DNA of 64,000 bases from Octopus vulgaris (GCA_951406725.2 OX597822.1:34348001-34412000), one strand, 5' to 3'; shown: positions 40,608-55,133, counted from the stretch's first letter. Made by a program: numbers and translations. Notes: generated by a model from the sequence alone, not told the origin.

Positions 40608-41005
40608 TTCTTTTTTATTTCTTTATTCTTTTACTGGTTTCACCCAGAGACTGAGGTCATGCAGGAGTACTGACTTTCAGTGTTTTGGGGTCTCCTTTTG
40701 GTAAAGTCCCACGAAGCTGCTCTTCTTTGTGCCCTCTGCCATGATGTGGGCTCATCTGGGATTTCAGACAGAAATTTGTCCATTTGCTTTTTGAACGTTT
40801 CCACATTTACACCTTGCAGATCAGTTAGGTTCCTTGGCAGGATGTTAAACGGTTGTAGTCTCCTGAAACCTAAGCTGTTGCAACACTGGGTCCTTATCTG
40901 AGATGAAGAAGACGGTATCTTCGGTAGTATGCAGTGCCGTCCAGTTCGGTGGTTGGTATAGCTTTTAGCCCCAATTTTGGGACCTAGACCTTCCAGAATC
41001 TCCCT
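40608..41005 (-). pseudogene. 3' end of a CR1-group LINE, related to 51189-52738
   Basis: Minus strand translates SYTNHRTGRHCILPKIP...CNSLGFRRLQPFNILPRNLTDLQGVNVETFKKQMDKFLSEIPDEPTS, colinear with TNARTGRHCIMLKIP...CNSLGF...FNILPK...FLSRVPDEPTS at ~52385-52580. Tail TGAAACCAGTAAAAGAATAAAG. Confidence 0.85.
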
Positions 41006-42344
41006 TGTGTATATTATTGCATAACTTTCTCGCCTTCTCTCCAGGAAGAAGAGCTTTAGTTTTTGTAGCCTCTCTCAGTAGCTCATCTGTTTCATCGAGT
41101 CGATCTTCTTTGTGTAGTGTATCTGTGTTTGAGTTCTTTGTAAGATGAATGTATTTATCCAAACTATTTCATGTTTTTGTTTTGTATTGTATAAGAGAGT
41201 TCACTGCAAATGCTCCTTGTTGAAATTGTAAGCCTGTAGGACTGTATCATACTTATATGGTAATTTTTACAATGAAAACACTTAAGTTTATCACGTTCTT
41301 GTTTTGCAATCAAATTTTAAAACATTTTGATCGTAAGTAGCTTGTTTGTGTGAGATTACAGTTATTTGGCTTGATATGATAAGTGATTCTTTTTTGTTTT
41401 AGTGCTATAAAAGTATATTATTATATTATTTGTGTTAACTTCTGTTTTGTTACAATGAATTTTATGTTCTCCTTTTACGAGATTTTTCATAATACGTTAA
41501 CTTATATCATAGTGACTATATAACTGGTTTATGTCATACAGATTATAGGAAGTTTTCTTCAAATAGTCATTGTAGTTTTTGTAAGAGCGGGTTCTAAGCA
41601 CTTTATTGAATATCACTTTTCTAAGTTGTTCTTTGATTTCGATTATATCTTTTTTGCTATGATATATGGAGGGGCTTGGCCTAGTGTTTTTATTGTTGCA
41701 CTCATGATCGTAATATCGTGGTTTCGATTCCTGGACAACTTAGGTGGTACGCTGTTTTTTGGAAGAAATTTTCAATTACCCGTTGCTCAAGTCCACTCAG
41801 CATTAGTTGTGAAGTTAACACTAGGGCAAACCGGTGTCTCATTCAGGAGAGCAGCGTTGCAATTTCAATTACATGTACGCCATTTAAACTGGTTTAAGTT
41901 CCGGCTTTATGAATCCTAGATCTCTTGACAGATGTAATTTCAGCTGTATCTTTTCTTTATTCATTTTATTGTGAATTTGAAGCTATATGCTTCTATTTCC
42001 TTTATCTTTACGGTATGTTTCCACATGTGCGGGTTTTGATATTCGTCAATAAATCTTTACTTTCAGTTATCCTTGTTACTGCATGTAATGCAATGGCAAT
42101 TGCATATAACATTGCGTTTATCCTGGTGATATTTACGTGCATGTCTGCTTAAATTTCCTGTATTTCATATTGTTGCAACTATTTCATCTTTAAATGCTAT
42201 AATTAGGAAGTTTTTTTGCCGGTCCCTAATATGATAGTTTTTCACTAAATCCTCATCATTAAATTTTTGTCCTAGTAATAATTTCTCTCTTTAAAACTTT
42301 GTATTTTTTCAGCCATTGGACTGACGTAATGAAGGGGCACCACT

Positions 42345-42526
42345 GTTAGACAACCGGTGTCGGTGTATACACGTCCCCGTAACTTTGCAGTGCGGAAAAA
42401 GAGACCAATAGAAAAAGTACCAGGCGTAGCAAAAAATAAAGAAGTACTGCGGTCGATTCCTTCGACTAAAAGTTCTTCAACGCGGTGCCCCAGCATGGCC
42501 ACAGTCTAAAGACCGATACAAGTAAA

Positions 42527-42529
<3 letters not shown>
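42345..42529 (+). mobile_element. SINE family A, 3' half
   Basis: GACAACCGGTG...GCGGTGCCCCAGCATGGCCACAGTC...ACAAGTAAAAGA. Confidence 0.8.
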
Positions 42530-42573
<44 letters not shown>

Positions 42574-42651
42574 CGTAAATATCGAACAATCAGAACGAGT
42601 GCTCAACACCGCATTGGTGGTTAGAAATTAGACACGCACACACACACATAG

Positions 42652-42691
<40 letters not shown>

Positions 42692-42827
42692 ATACACACA
42701 CGCATACACACACAAATATATAATTGAAAATTAATATAATACTACTGCTGGAAAGCACAGTGTGAAATCTGAAGGTGGACGAGCATTATACTGTACCCTA
42801 CTACGTTCTTGACAGAATATACCATAA

Positions 42828-42902
<75 letters not shown>

Positions 42903-42915
42903 TGTGTATATACAC

Positions 42916-42958
<43 letters not shown>

Positions 42959-43664
42959 AAATTAAAGAAGGAAAAGGCACACATTTTACATAGTTCTAAT
43001 ATAATTTTTAATATATCTTGTTTTGTGTTTGCCAAGCGGTTTCGCTTTCGCTATTCATTACATTGAAATTTATTTAAATAGGTATTTTCTTAAGAAGAAT
43101 TTTTTTGTTCATGTTGTGTGTGAAGTTTATGAATGAATGATTCAACAAGTAGAAAAATCCAAGTGGAGGTAATTGGTTATCGTTATAATTGTGGGCAGAG
43201 GAGATAACGGTTCAGCTTTCGGTAAGGGTGGGGGAAATATATACACACACTCACACAAATTCAAAATCTAGAGTAGTGGGAGAAATATGTACACTGATGG
43301 GTATGTAATCGTCAATCAAAATATCTGAAGTGATCAAAGTTGATTATGCGTGCATATTACGACATGTTTTGTATTTTTCGATGAACATTTTTTCTTTATT
43401 TAAACGTTCTTGTAAAGAAATTGTATTTTTGCAGTGGTAGGAGGTGAAAACTGTGAAATTTGGTTTGATGTTACCTGCACATTTCTCTGTGTTCACTTAA
43501 AGGAATTTGTCTGTATTGCGAGAACCGGTCGACAAACACAATACATGATGTATATCACAACTATGTAAAGTGTGTGCATTCTCCTTCTTTAATTTCTTAT
43601 ATATTACAATTCACCAGGTGGGGATAATCGAAATTTCCCCATTTCTGTTTCTCTCTCTCTCTCT

Positions 43665-43747
<83 letters not shown>

Positions 43748-43753
43748 TAAATA

Positions 43754-43801
<48 letters not shown>

Positions 43802-43804
43802 AGT

Positions 43805-43993
43805 CGCCATGATTGATCGCTAAATCCACAAATTTCTTTTTCTCTCCGTGTTTATTTCCTTGTGTTCCTTTCTGTAGAAGAGCGTAGGCTCGAAATGTAA
43901 AAGACGTTTTCACTTTCCCGAGCGTCAAACTAATGCACCAGTTTGTTGTTTATACACCTGTCTTCGTCTTTTGTTTTTCTGTAAATTTCAACT
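43805..43993 (+). mobile_element. Family E repeat with variant hammerhead motif (43868-43903)
   Basis: CTTT-CTGTAGA-A-GAGC(GTAG)GCTC-GAAA-TG-TA-AAAG; (TA)n on both sides. Confidence 0.8.
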
Positions 43994-44892
43994 ATATATA
44001 TATATGGCAGACGTCCACTTATTTTCCGTCTACCAAATTCGCTTACAAATAATGATCCGTTTGTGACTATACTAACATGTATTTGCCAGGTGTGTCGTGC
44101 TGTGGGACTGAACTTGAAAGTATGTGGTTGCAAAGTAATACAAGCATTTTATTTCCATCTTTGTTTAGTTTATTCTGCTACATGTTTTCCTAGTTGATTT
44201 CATATAAGTGTTCTCGGATTTCATTTATACAGCTTTCTTATTTTGGTTGTTTTACATTATCTTGTGCATATTTTCTTTGCTTACGCTTTAAATCCTTCTA
44301 TTCTTGTTTGCTTTTTGTTCGCTATTAGTAATTCTTTTTTATCCATTACCCTTAAAACTGTTCTATACTGGATATCATTTAAATCTTTAAGACGCATCTT
44401 AAGTTAATTTAAGTCCAAACATTTTCGATCAAAGTTATTCTGTCATTTTGGTATATATACATATATTTAAAATACTGTGTTAATGTCGTATTTTCTGGAG
44501 TAGAGTTTAGTTGAAAAAAAATGCAGTATATAAACTATGCAGTATATAAACGTACTGTTCTCGAATCTACAACTTTTCCCCTTTTCTGTATTATTAGAAA
44601 TAGGTAAAAATTAACGCCGCATCCACTCTTTAATGTTTTATCGTTTTCGGCAAATACCAACATATTTCTTTCTGCTAAAATGGAGAATTACATTTGTCAT
44701 TTTTGGCATATTGTTTTATATGAAATTTAACGTACACAATTTGCTATTAGCTTTAGGTTTACTGAAAGGGTTTTTCTCTGTATAATTTTCCAATTTTCTA
44801 GGACCGACTGGAATAAAATTTGCTATACATCAATTCTAAAGGTTCGATATAATCGACCATTCCTTCCATTTGTAAATGTATCCGTGTCGATA

Positions 44893-45030
<138 letters not shown>

Positions 45031-45472
45031 TCATTGCTATTATTGTTGTTGTTGTGACGATTGTTGTTGGGATATATATATATATTTATCCATAATCAAT
45101 AATTACATATTTTCATCTATGTAAATGTACGTACCTCAATACACATATGTTATTTGTGTTGTACAATATTCTTCTGATTTGTAAACTTGTAAAGCATTGT
45201 TTAGTTTTCGTCATTATTCTGAGTTAACTAAAGAATATTATAACGACAATAATAAAAAAAAACAACAACATTAACAATAACAACAATAATAAAGATGATG
45301 ATGATGATGATTATGATGTTGATAATGACGATAGTAATAATAATAATAATAATAGTAATCCTTTCAATACAATAGAAATAACAAAATGCTACCCAGAAGC
45401 AAATTACAAAGAACAGTGGAGTAATGCCGTGGAATCACGCAATGAAGTTAAAGAAACTGAATAATAATAGTA

Positions 45473-45473
<1 letters not shown>

Positions 45474-45515
<42 letters not shown>

Positions 45516-45552
45516 CGACGATGATGATGATGATGATGATGATGACGATGAC

Positions 45553-45597
<45 letters not shown>
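45474..45597. repeat. (GAT)n microsatellite
   Basis: Read directly. Confidence 0.96.
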
Positions 45598-45598
<1 letters not shown>

Positions 45599-46146
45599 AA
45601 CTGTATTATTTTATGACAATAAACTAAGTCTAAAAGTTACGTATGTTTAAATTCTAAAACCATGTGCAGCCGCGATAACGATTACAAATATTACAAGAAA
45701 CTTTTATTCACGCACATACATACACAATTATACACACATGCAAACATGAATACACAGACACAGACATACAAATGGGCGAAAAAAAATAACGAATGAAACA
45801 GCGTAAATTACATAAAAAAAATAGTAACGCGAAATAAAAGTATATTAAGTAAATACGACACAAATCGATTAGAAATAGAAAATAACAAGACGTAAATAGA
45901 ATAAAAGTGATTTTCAATGGCAAAAAAATAACCCAAAACAAAATATATTCCCCTAGAAACAACAGTTAATTTAAATGTGGAAATGAAGGTATGCGCATTC
46001 GATTGAAATGGAGTAAACTGAAAGAACTAAAGCAAAAAGTAAATGAAAAAATCGATATATTTTTATATCATATTTTGAATATTGGCTTTTGATTTGATTC
46101 CTGTTTATTATTTAGTTGGAAGAAACAACACTTGCAGTACATTTTA

Positions 46147-46180
<34 letters not shown>

Positions 46181-46207
46181 GTCTCATAGACATACAGTGT
46201 GCATATA

Positions 46208-46289
46208 CAGTAATCCCTCGCCATTTCGCGGTTCACCTATCGCGAGGGTTTTTGGGAACGTAACACCCGCGGTAGTCGAGGGATTACTG
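46208..46289. mobile_element. 82-bp pogo/Tigger-like MITE
   Basis: Perfect 13-bp TIRs CAGTAATCCCTCG / CGAGGGATTACTG, TA on the left flank; related to 11926. Confidence 0.82.
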
Positions 46290-46406
46290 CATATATGTAT
46301 ATACATACGTGCATACATAATACATATATATATATAACAATAATAAATAATATATATGTATATATATGTATATATATATGTATATATATGTATATATATA
46401 TGTATG

Positions 46407-46444
<38 letters not shown>

Positions 46445-47457
46445 TATATTGGTTCAAGACATCACCAACTGCGCAACCAACATGAAATGTGTAAACCAAC
46501 GAGTTAAATATGTACATAACGAGAGAAAAAATGGAAAACAAGATAAGTAAAAAGAGAGAAAGGACCCTTCAGCAGTTGTCGGCTGTCTATCTACTCCTCG
46601 TTTCAACTACAATATGAGCCTTCAAAGACAGTTGCTCCCATAAATTCTAAAATAAAATTTATGATTTATGGAGGGTCAAAGTTGCGAACAAAACAGGACA
46701 GTGGAGACATACAAGGAAACCGGACGAAAACAAATATGGAAAGTCGTTAGGCCAGAACGAGAGAAAAATAGTGAACGCTGGGAGAAAAGACAGAAGAGAG
46801 GGAAAAAACACGTCCAGTCTTTTGAACGTCCGTGCAGGAAAAGAAAGACGGACGATGGTCACATGTGAGCAACGAGAGAGAGAATAAGAGAAAGAGGGGA
46901 TAGAGAAAGAGAGACAACTAGACAGAAAACGGTGAAAGTGGGAGGGGGAGAAAAAGGGAATTAGAGAAGGATGGAGGAAGAAAACAGTATAGCGTAGAGT
47001 CGCATCAAAAAGGTGAAGATAAACTTAGTTGGAAATGAATACGTCGCGTTCAATCAAATAATAATAATATATAATAAACACACATACACATACACACGCA
47101 CACACGCACACACACTCATACACATATATATTGAGTGATGGTTTTATCTAGTATTTGAATGTCTTTAGTGGATAACGGTAGCCAACGTTCAGATCGGGTC
47201 TCTGATTGGATGATATCTTCTTCCCTATCTCGTATAACGCCTGCAGAAAACCGAGGGCACTGCTTCCCCCCTGACAAACTGAGTATGCAATTATACATTA
47301 TTTATTTGCAAATACACTCGCAACGATACTCTAAGTTGTATGGATGTATTATAGATGGATAAATTGGATAATCGCTCAAACAAACAATCATACATACGTA
47401 CGTAGCCTCACATTTATACATATCTATGGCTATCTAAATACACATATATATATATCA

Positions 47458-47656
47458 GCGCTATGATAGATCGTTAGTCACTACACACACTTTTTTCTCT
47501 CCTTGTTTCTCTCCTTGTTTTTTCTGTGTCCCTTTCTGTAGAAGAGCGTAGGCTCGAAACGTAAAAGACTTTTTCTATTCCTGAGCGCTATACTAATACA
47601 TCTGTTTGTTTTGTACACTACCTGTCTTCGTCTTGTTTTTTTTCCGTAAACTCTCC

Positions 47657-47658
<2 letters not shown>
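47458..47658 (+). mobile_element. Family E repeat with intact variant hammerhead motif (47532-47567)
   Basis: CTTT-CTGTAGA-A-GAGC(GTAG)GCTC-GAAA-CG-TA-AAAG; TA repeats on both sides. Confidence 0.82.
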
Positions 47659-47740
<82 letters not shown>

Positions 47741-48319
47741 TGCTTGAATCTGCTTAGCTAATTTCTTGGCTACTGGCGATTCTCATAGCAAACAGTACCA
47801 CAGCCATTAGGATAAGATATATTTCCAAGCACGCTAACTGGGATTTTCTGCATTGAAACAGACAAAAACTTGAATTTTTTAAAATTTGGTTTGTTTACAG
47901 CCCACCCCCACGGAAACCCACTCGCAAAACTATGTATTGCTTTTGGTCTCATTACAAAGATCAACAAACGTCAAGATATATTCTTTGATAAAAGTTTTAA
48001 TATTTTCTTTTGATTTCTTTATTTGCTATGCTTGCATTACTTTTACAAAATTTCTTTCAAGATCAGTTATCATTGATTTATATTTGTCTATATATTGATT
48101 ACCCCTTTTAAGTATGTATGCATAACAACCACAACGACAATAATAATAACGAAAGGCAATATATATACTTGTATACTTATGAAACTTAGACAGGTAAATT
48201 TTTTTAATAGCATCGAACTCTTATTGAATTCAACAATAACTTATAAACTATACTATACTAATTCGCACACGCTTGTATATATATACAAATAAATATAAGC
48301 GTTGTTCGACATTTAAGTG

Positions 48320-48350
<31 letters not shown>

Positions 48351-48389
48351 TCACATACACGCATACACACATATATATTGAGTGATGTA

Positions 48390-48437
<48 letters not shown>

Positions 48438-49152
48438 ACAATTTCATTGACTTTGCAAAGTAATATATCGATAAGACCATTTTATAATGTTGTGCACAAT
48501 CTATTTTATATATATTGATATTTGCATCGATATGTATATTGATTAGAATCTAGTACACAGGCTATTAACCATAAAGAAGTCCTCGAATACCTTTTCTACA
48601 TGTGAACTTAATTTATACATGGGACGCAGTACGCCATATATATATATATATATATATATACATATTCGTAATTGATAACATCGTGATTTGTAGCTTAATC
48701 TCTTGTGACATAAATTTAGATCCAGTACTCTGTGTAAGGTTTATTTAATAAAGATAGTATAATCCGATATTATGATATGACTCTACGCACTGAGTTCTTA
48801 TGTCTACGCGTGATTATTTCTATCTGTGAGCTGAAACTATAAACCGTTACCTATTATCTTAATCAATTAAAATTAACTTTAAAGTCAATCAAGCAACATC
48901 AATATCAATATATGTAATCACTATATACCATAAGCCACCAAACAAGTAAAGCTTTGAAACCATTAAAACCCCAAGATATAAACCATTCACAAACATACAT
49001 ATCAAGTATACTCTCCCTTCATCAGCTGGGTGACAAATATCACTATGGTTTTAACATCTATACAGTATCGTCCAATCCAGCGGGGTCAAAAGCGTTAAAA
49101 GCATAAGTGCTGTTTGGGAATCAACAGACAAGTAGCAGGAGAGAAACTTTAG

Positions 49153-49600
<448 letters not shown>

Positions 49601-50987
49601 ACACACATTTACACATACACACATAGAGAAAGGAAAATTATTTTAAGATGAAACTTTTAACTCTGAGTTTCACGTTTAACCACTTTTGGAAGAATAATAT
49701 ATATAAACGATAGATCCTATATTTATATTAAAAACAATAACCATTAAGTATGAGATGCACTTTAAGAAAACCCCTTTTATTTCTATAGAGTGTTTAATGG
49801 TATCCGTGCAAGGTTATCTGGCGTTCAAACGTAGGCGTTTTGAAGTATTTCACCAAAACATTAGATTTTCTAACCATGACGTTAAAGTACAAGCTGAACA
49901 ATATATTTTTCTTTTTTTTTTAATACACAACAAAAACATCATTCATTACCGTGGCTGTAATGTTTGGCACATTATAATATTTTCCAAATGATTTTAAGTA
50001 ACCAGATATATATCGACAAATTTGTGTCAGATGATCATTCAGGAGTTTTGAAATGTCGATTAGATTTCAATTGAAAAGTCTTTTCAGACGAACAGACATA
50101 ATCTTTAGAAGCAAAATCATTAGCTGCAAATAAATTCGAATATTAAACAATCGATTCCGAGTTTGAGCGACATAAATCATTTATTGAACATTTTACAGGA
50201 TTAAAAGAATTTCAGAAACGAGAAATATTGAATGTAGATAGGCGTGTAGTACTTTTAATAATCATATTTGCTATTTATGTTGCAAAATTCTGTGTTCCAA
50301 TCAATTCAGTCGAAAGAAAATTCATAATTGAGCGAAGCATTTAGTGATATTTCTCCGCACATTTAGATTAAGCAGAGCTGCAAAGAAAACTAACTTTAAG
50401 CTTTCAGCATGCCCGTGTCTAATAAGAACTGGTATATTTATTTATCTTTTACGCTTTACATATTTTAGTCATTAGACAGCGGCCACGCTGAAAAGTCGCC
50501 TTGCCACTTTGAAAGTTTAGTTGAACAAATCAACAAATTGATTCCAGTACGTATACTTAAGTTTGGTTCTTATTTTATCGACCCCTTTCGTCGGGCCAGT
50601 AGGTTACACGAACGGAAGCAAAGCAACACGGGTAATTAAGCGGTGTTGGGGGACAAACACAAATACAAAGATGCACCGACATATGCAAAAAAAAAATTAT
50701 CTTAGGCAGAATTCTATCCAGATATATTTTGGTACAATGACGTCTTTTATAAGTTCCCTAGATAACATTCTTTAAAAAGATGGTTTTTGATATGTAATAA
50801 ACAGTTGAAGAAATATATAAAAAATGCAAGTGAAGAATTCGTTGATTCCACAACTCAAGAATTCAGTGCTACCAGGATAAAAAAAGGTTTCTTTCTTCCT
50901 AGATTAATAGAAGATATTCTGATCCGAGATGACCTGCTTTAAAATTGAAGATGTATACATGTGATTGATATATAACAGTTACATATG

Positions 50988-51184
<197 letters not shown>

Positions 51185-51188
51185 ATAG

Positions 51189-52738
51189 ATGTAAGCATGC
51201 CCTGGCAAAACTCCTCAAGATTCTCTTCCAGAGCTTTCTTACAAATGGCAAACTGCCAAGCAAGCTAAAGGAGGGAATAATATGCCCAATACATAAAGTG
51301 GGAAGTAGAGCAGATGCCAAAAACTATAGGCCTATCTCTCTGACTTCACCCATCAGCAAAGTCAGAGGGAAACTAATCGCATTCCTTGAAGAAAATAATT
51401 TGCTGAGTGATACCCAGCATGGCTTTTGACCAGGTAGGAGCTGCCTGGCCCAGCTCTTACAAATTTACGACTTGGTGTTGAGGCAGTTACTCAACAAATG
51501 TGGACGTAATATACCTTGATTTTGCAAAAGCTTTTGACAAGGTGGATCATGGTATGATATGCCACAAACTGAGTGACCTTGGCATAGCTGGAAAACTTGG
51601 AGAGTGGCTACATGACTTCCTGAAAGATAGGAGTCAGGCAGTAGTGGCTAATGGAGCCACCTCTATGAACACACAAATAGTGAGTAGTGTTCCACAGGGC
51701 ACTGTCTTGGGACCACTGCCTTTTTAGTGGCCCTCTCAGATATGCCCTCAAATGCCCGGATAGTCACTCTGGCAAGCTATGCAGATGATACGAAAGTCTC
51801 GCAGAAAATACAGAACCCCAGCGATGTTGCACACCTGCAGCAGGAGTTGGACTCAATTTACAGATGGGCTGAGGATAATAATATGCAGTTTAATGCTGAA
51901 AAATTCCCGGCCCTGTGCTACCAGCATCCAAAACTGAATATGAAACTTACAGGGTACACCGCTCCACAGGGAATTGCAATCCTAGAGCCTAAGTCAGTGG
52001 GGACCTGGGTATCGACATGGGTGAGGATACCTGTTTCCAAGTGCACATTACCGGGATGGCGACAAAGTGCAGACGACTGGATGGATGGATCCTAAGAACA
52101 TTCAGAATCAGAGATAAGGAAACCAGGATGGTCCTCTGGCGGACATTCGTCCTCAGTCGCCTGGATTACTGCTCACAGCCATGGTCACACACCAGTGTAA
52201 AATTAACAGCGGACCTTGAAGCAATCCAGAGAAGATTCACAAAGGACATCGTCTCTTTGCAACAGCTCAGCTCCTGGGAAAGGTTGAAACAGCCAAGACT
52301 CTACTCCCTGAAGAGAAGACGGGAGTAATATATATCTGGAAGATCCTGGAAGGAATTGTGCCAAATCTTGGCATTGAAACCTAAACCAACGCCAGAACGG
52401 GACGACACTGCATAATGCTAAAGATCCCAGCAATGCCATCACGCTTCAGGACCAGTAACTGCAACAGCCTGGGCTTCAAGGGCCACAGCTTTTTAATATT
52501 CTCCCAAAGAGTCTGAGTAGATGTAGGAGTTTTTAAAGCTGGACATCTTCCTGTCGAGAGTCCCAGATGAACCTACTTCACGGCAAGAGGTGCAAATGAG
52601 GGTAGCTATCAAACTCCATTCTTCACCAATTGCCACATATTAGAGGAGGCTTTTAGTAATAACAATATAGTAAAACGACAGTCCATGAGCATGGCTGTAG
52701 CTCTGAGCTGAAACTAAAAAAAAAAAGAAAATAAGAAT
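51189..52738 (+). pseudogene. 5'-truncated CR1-group LINE with a disrupted reverse transcriptase
   Basis: RT motifs NYRPISLTS, QHGF, YLDFAKAFDKVDH, VPQGTVLGP, YADDTK and RLDYCSQPW are spread over four ORF fragments with stops and frameshifts; A-rich tail at ~52715-52738. Confidence 0.93.
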
Positions 52739-52800
52739 ATATATATATACATTTTATATAAAGATACATACATACATACATACATACATACATACGTACG

Positions 52801-52876
<76 letters not shown>

Positions 52877-52879
<3 letters not shown>

Positions 52880-53100
52880 CTGAGAATGTGTGTCTGTCTG
52901 TCTATCTGTCTATCTGTGTTTCCCTAAAACTTGAGAACTACACAACCAATTCCATTCAAATTTTACACATGCCTTACTTAGGGTCCATGTAGTTTCATGG
53001 GCAAAACAAATGTTCAACTTCTTGCTTAGGGCGAGCCCATAGCAATATCATATCTTCTCCACTATTTCGGTATTACGTGTTAAAAGTGAAACAAAAATAT
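52877..53100 (+). mobile_element. Possible non-autonomous Helitron-like element, 5' region
   Basis: TATA-AACTGAGAATGTGTG(TCTG)n...AACTACACAACCAATTCCATTCAAATTTTACACATG resembles the 5' microsatellite-plus-core layout of invertebrate non-autonomous Helitrons; recognised by pattern only. Confidence 0.45.
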
Positions 53101-54192
53101 TTCTCTAGAGATAATAATAAAAATTGAATTATATGTGATAAGTAATAATTAAAATCAAACTAAAGTATGGTATAATCGTAACATAACAAAAGTAAAAATA
53201 GCAACTGGTATAAAATTGCATCAATGACTTGAACTTGAATAGGAATAAATTAAAAATAAAATTAGCGTGCAAAAATGGAATAGTCCAGATGGAGGTGTGC
53301 ACATACCGTTTACTACGGCTTTTACATTAGATTATCTGCTAATTAGCTAGCATATGAAGTTTAGCTGTATGTAATGTCTGTTTTCTCGAACAGCCACTTC
53401 TACTGAGTACTGCTGTTGGTTTATTTCTTATACATAAAGGACTACGTTGTGTGTTGCATTTGTTAAATAATTGTAAACTGTAACCCTTCCCATTTGGGAG
53501 AAGGAGCTTTGGTTATTTTTAAGAATTGAATTGTGTCCATGTTTGGGGAAATTGACAATATTTTCACCGTTTACACGGAAGCATTTTTGTTAAAATGCCT
53601 TCGATAGAAGAAAGTCTAAAAATGAATTTCGCTGCAGCCGTCGGCGGGCGCGAACTCATTAAAATTAAAATGGAAGAAATACAAACCTATTTCGGATTGA
53701 TCACCGACAAAGACGGTGAATCTAAGATAACACCACCAAACGAAATAAAAAAATAAAATTAAAGAAAAGACTATAGTCTATAAAGTATACAATGTAGAGA
53801 AAAAAGATTTGAACACATGGAGGAAAGCACCTTCGAAAAGTGTCTTGATGCGACTATGAAAGGTATCTCATCAGAGGCGGTAAATTCGCCACAATAGAAG
53901 CAAGGTTCGAGTCAACGGAGCGTGCAAGGGAGTACTCGACTCGAACCTTGCAAAGTGGAAATATATAATTTTTACCTTTATATCTGGGACGTAGGACGTC
54001 CCGGATAAAAATTTAAAATGTCCCCCCAGAAGTAGAGGTAGGCTGGATTGTAGCCACACTTCTATACAAGAGGTAGGAAAAGATACAGTTGATCGAAATT
54101 GCAAGAGACGGGCCTACAATTCCAGTCTGTTATGTATTTTGAGTATTGTTATCACTAGCGATATCAAGATATAACTTTGTATTTTGTGTGTA

Positions 54193-54231
<39 letters not shown>

Positions 54232-54328
54232 GTACATGTAATATGTACACATATATACATGCACTAGCACTATGACCCAGCAAAGACGGGTCATATTGTA
54301 AGTATATATATATATATATACACACACA

Positions 54329-54499
54329 CTGTTGTGTTTGGGGAGAGTAATTTTCTTTTTGTGCCTTGTAATTTAACTCACTCACCGGTAAAATTTCCAT
54401 TCATTTCATATTAAAAAAAAAAGAAGTGGAAATTTTTACCACTGGGTGTATTAAATTATAAGGCACAAAAGGCAAATGACTCTCCCCGGGGCACGGCAG
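54329..54499. repeat. Diverged ~170-bp fold-back palindrome
   Basis: GGGGAGAG..TTTTGTGCCTTGTAATTTAA..GGTAAAATTTCCA pairs with TGGAAATTTTTACC..TTAAATTATAAGGCACAAAA..CTCTCCCC. Confidence 0.85.
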
Positions 54500-55133
54500 A
54501 ATATGATTCAGCACACAAGCTCACAGAAAGAATCTTGCAAACCAAATCCCAAAACGAAATATATGCACACACACACAGACACACACACACATACACACAT
54601 ATATATAAACGTTAGATAAAACTTAGATATGTTTCGACCAAAGATTGGTCCAGGCCATGTCTAACTTAATAGCACCACCTGATTATATATATATATCTGT
54701 TTATATACGTATGTATATATATGTATGTATATGTATATATATACATAGATATATATAAACACACATATATGTATGTGTGTAGATACATATACATATAAAT
54801 ATATATAGATATATATTTATACCCGCATATACAAATAAATATACATAAATACATGCTTACATGCATAACATACAAATGTAAAACATATGTATACATATGT
54901 GTGTGTGTGTATATGTGAGTGTTCTACATTAGATTTCAATTTTCAATTACGAAAAGTATTGTGATCATCTATCTCCCCCTCTCTTGCTACACACACACAC
55001 GCAAACACACACACACACACAACAACAGACACATATGTATATATATGTGGATATATATATATATATATATTTATATACATATATATATATGTATATACAT
55101 GCATATATAAATATGTGTATATGTCTGAATGCA

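Noticed and set aside
40965-41162. 65-aa ORF MDKYIHLTKNSNTDTLHKEDRLDETDELLREATKTK
   Set aside because: Protein-like composition but short, runs into a LINE fragment, and has no recognisable family or clear splice sites.
43506-43536. TTTGTC...GAGAACCGGTC-GACAAA, resembling the 3' half of a minimal hammerhead
   Set aside because: CUGANGA and stem II are missing; cannot be supported without a family consensus.
46561-46640. Minus-strand CTGTCT-TTGAAGG...GAAAC...AGACAG
   Set aside because: The core has several substitutions and stems II and III do not form.
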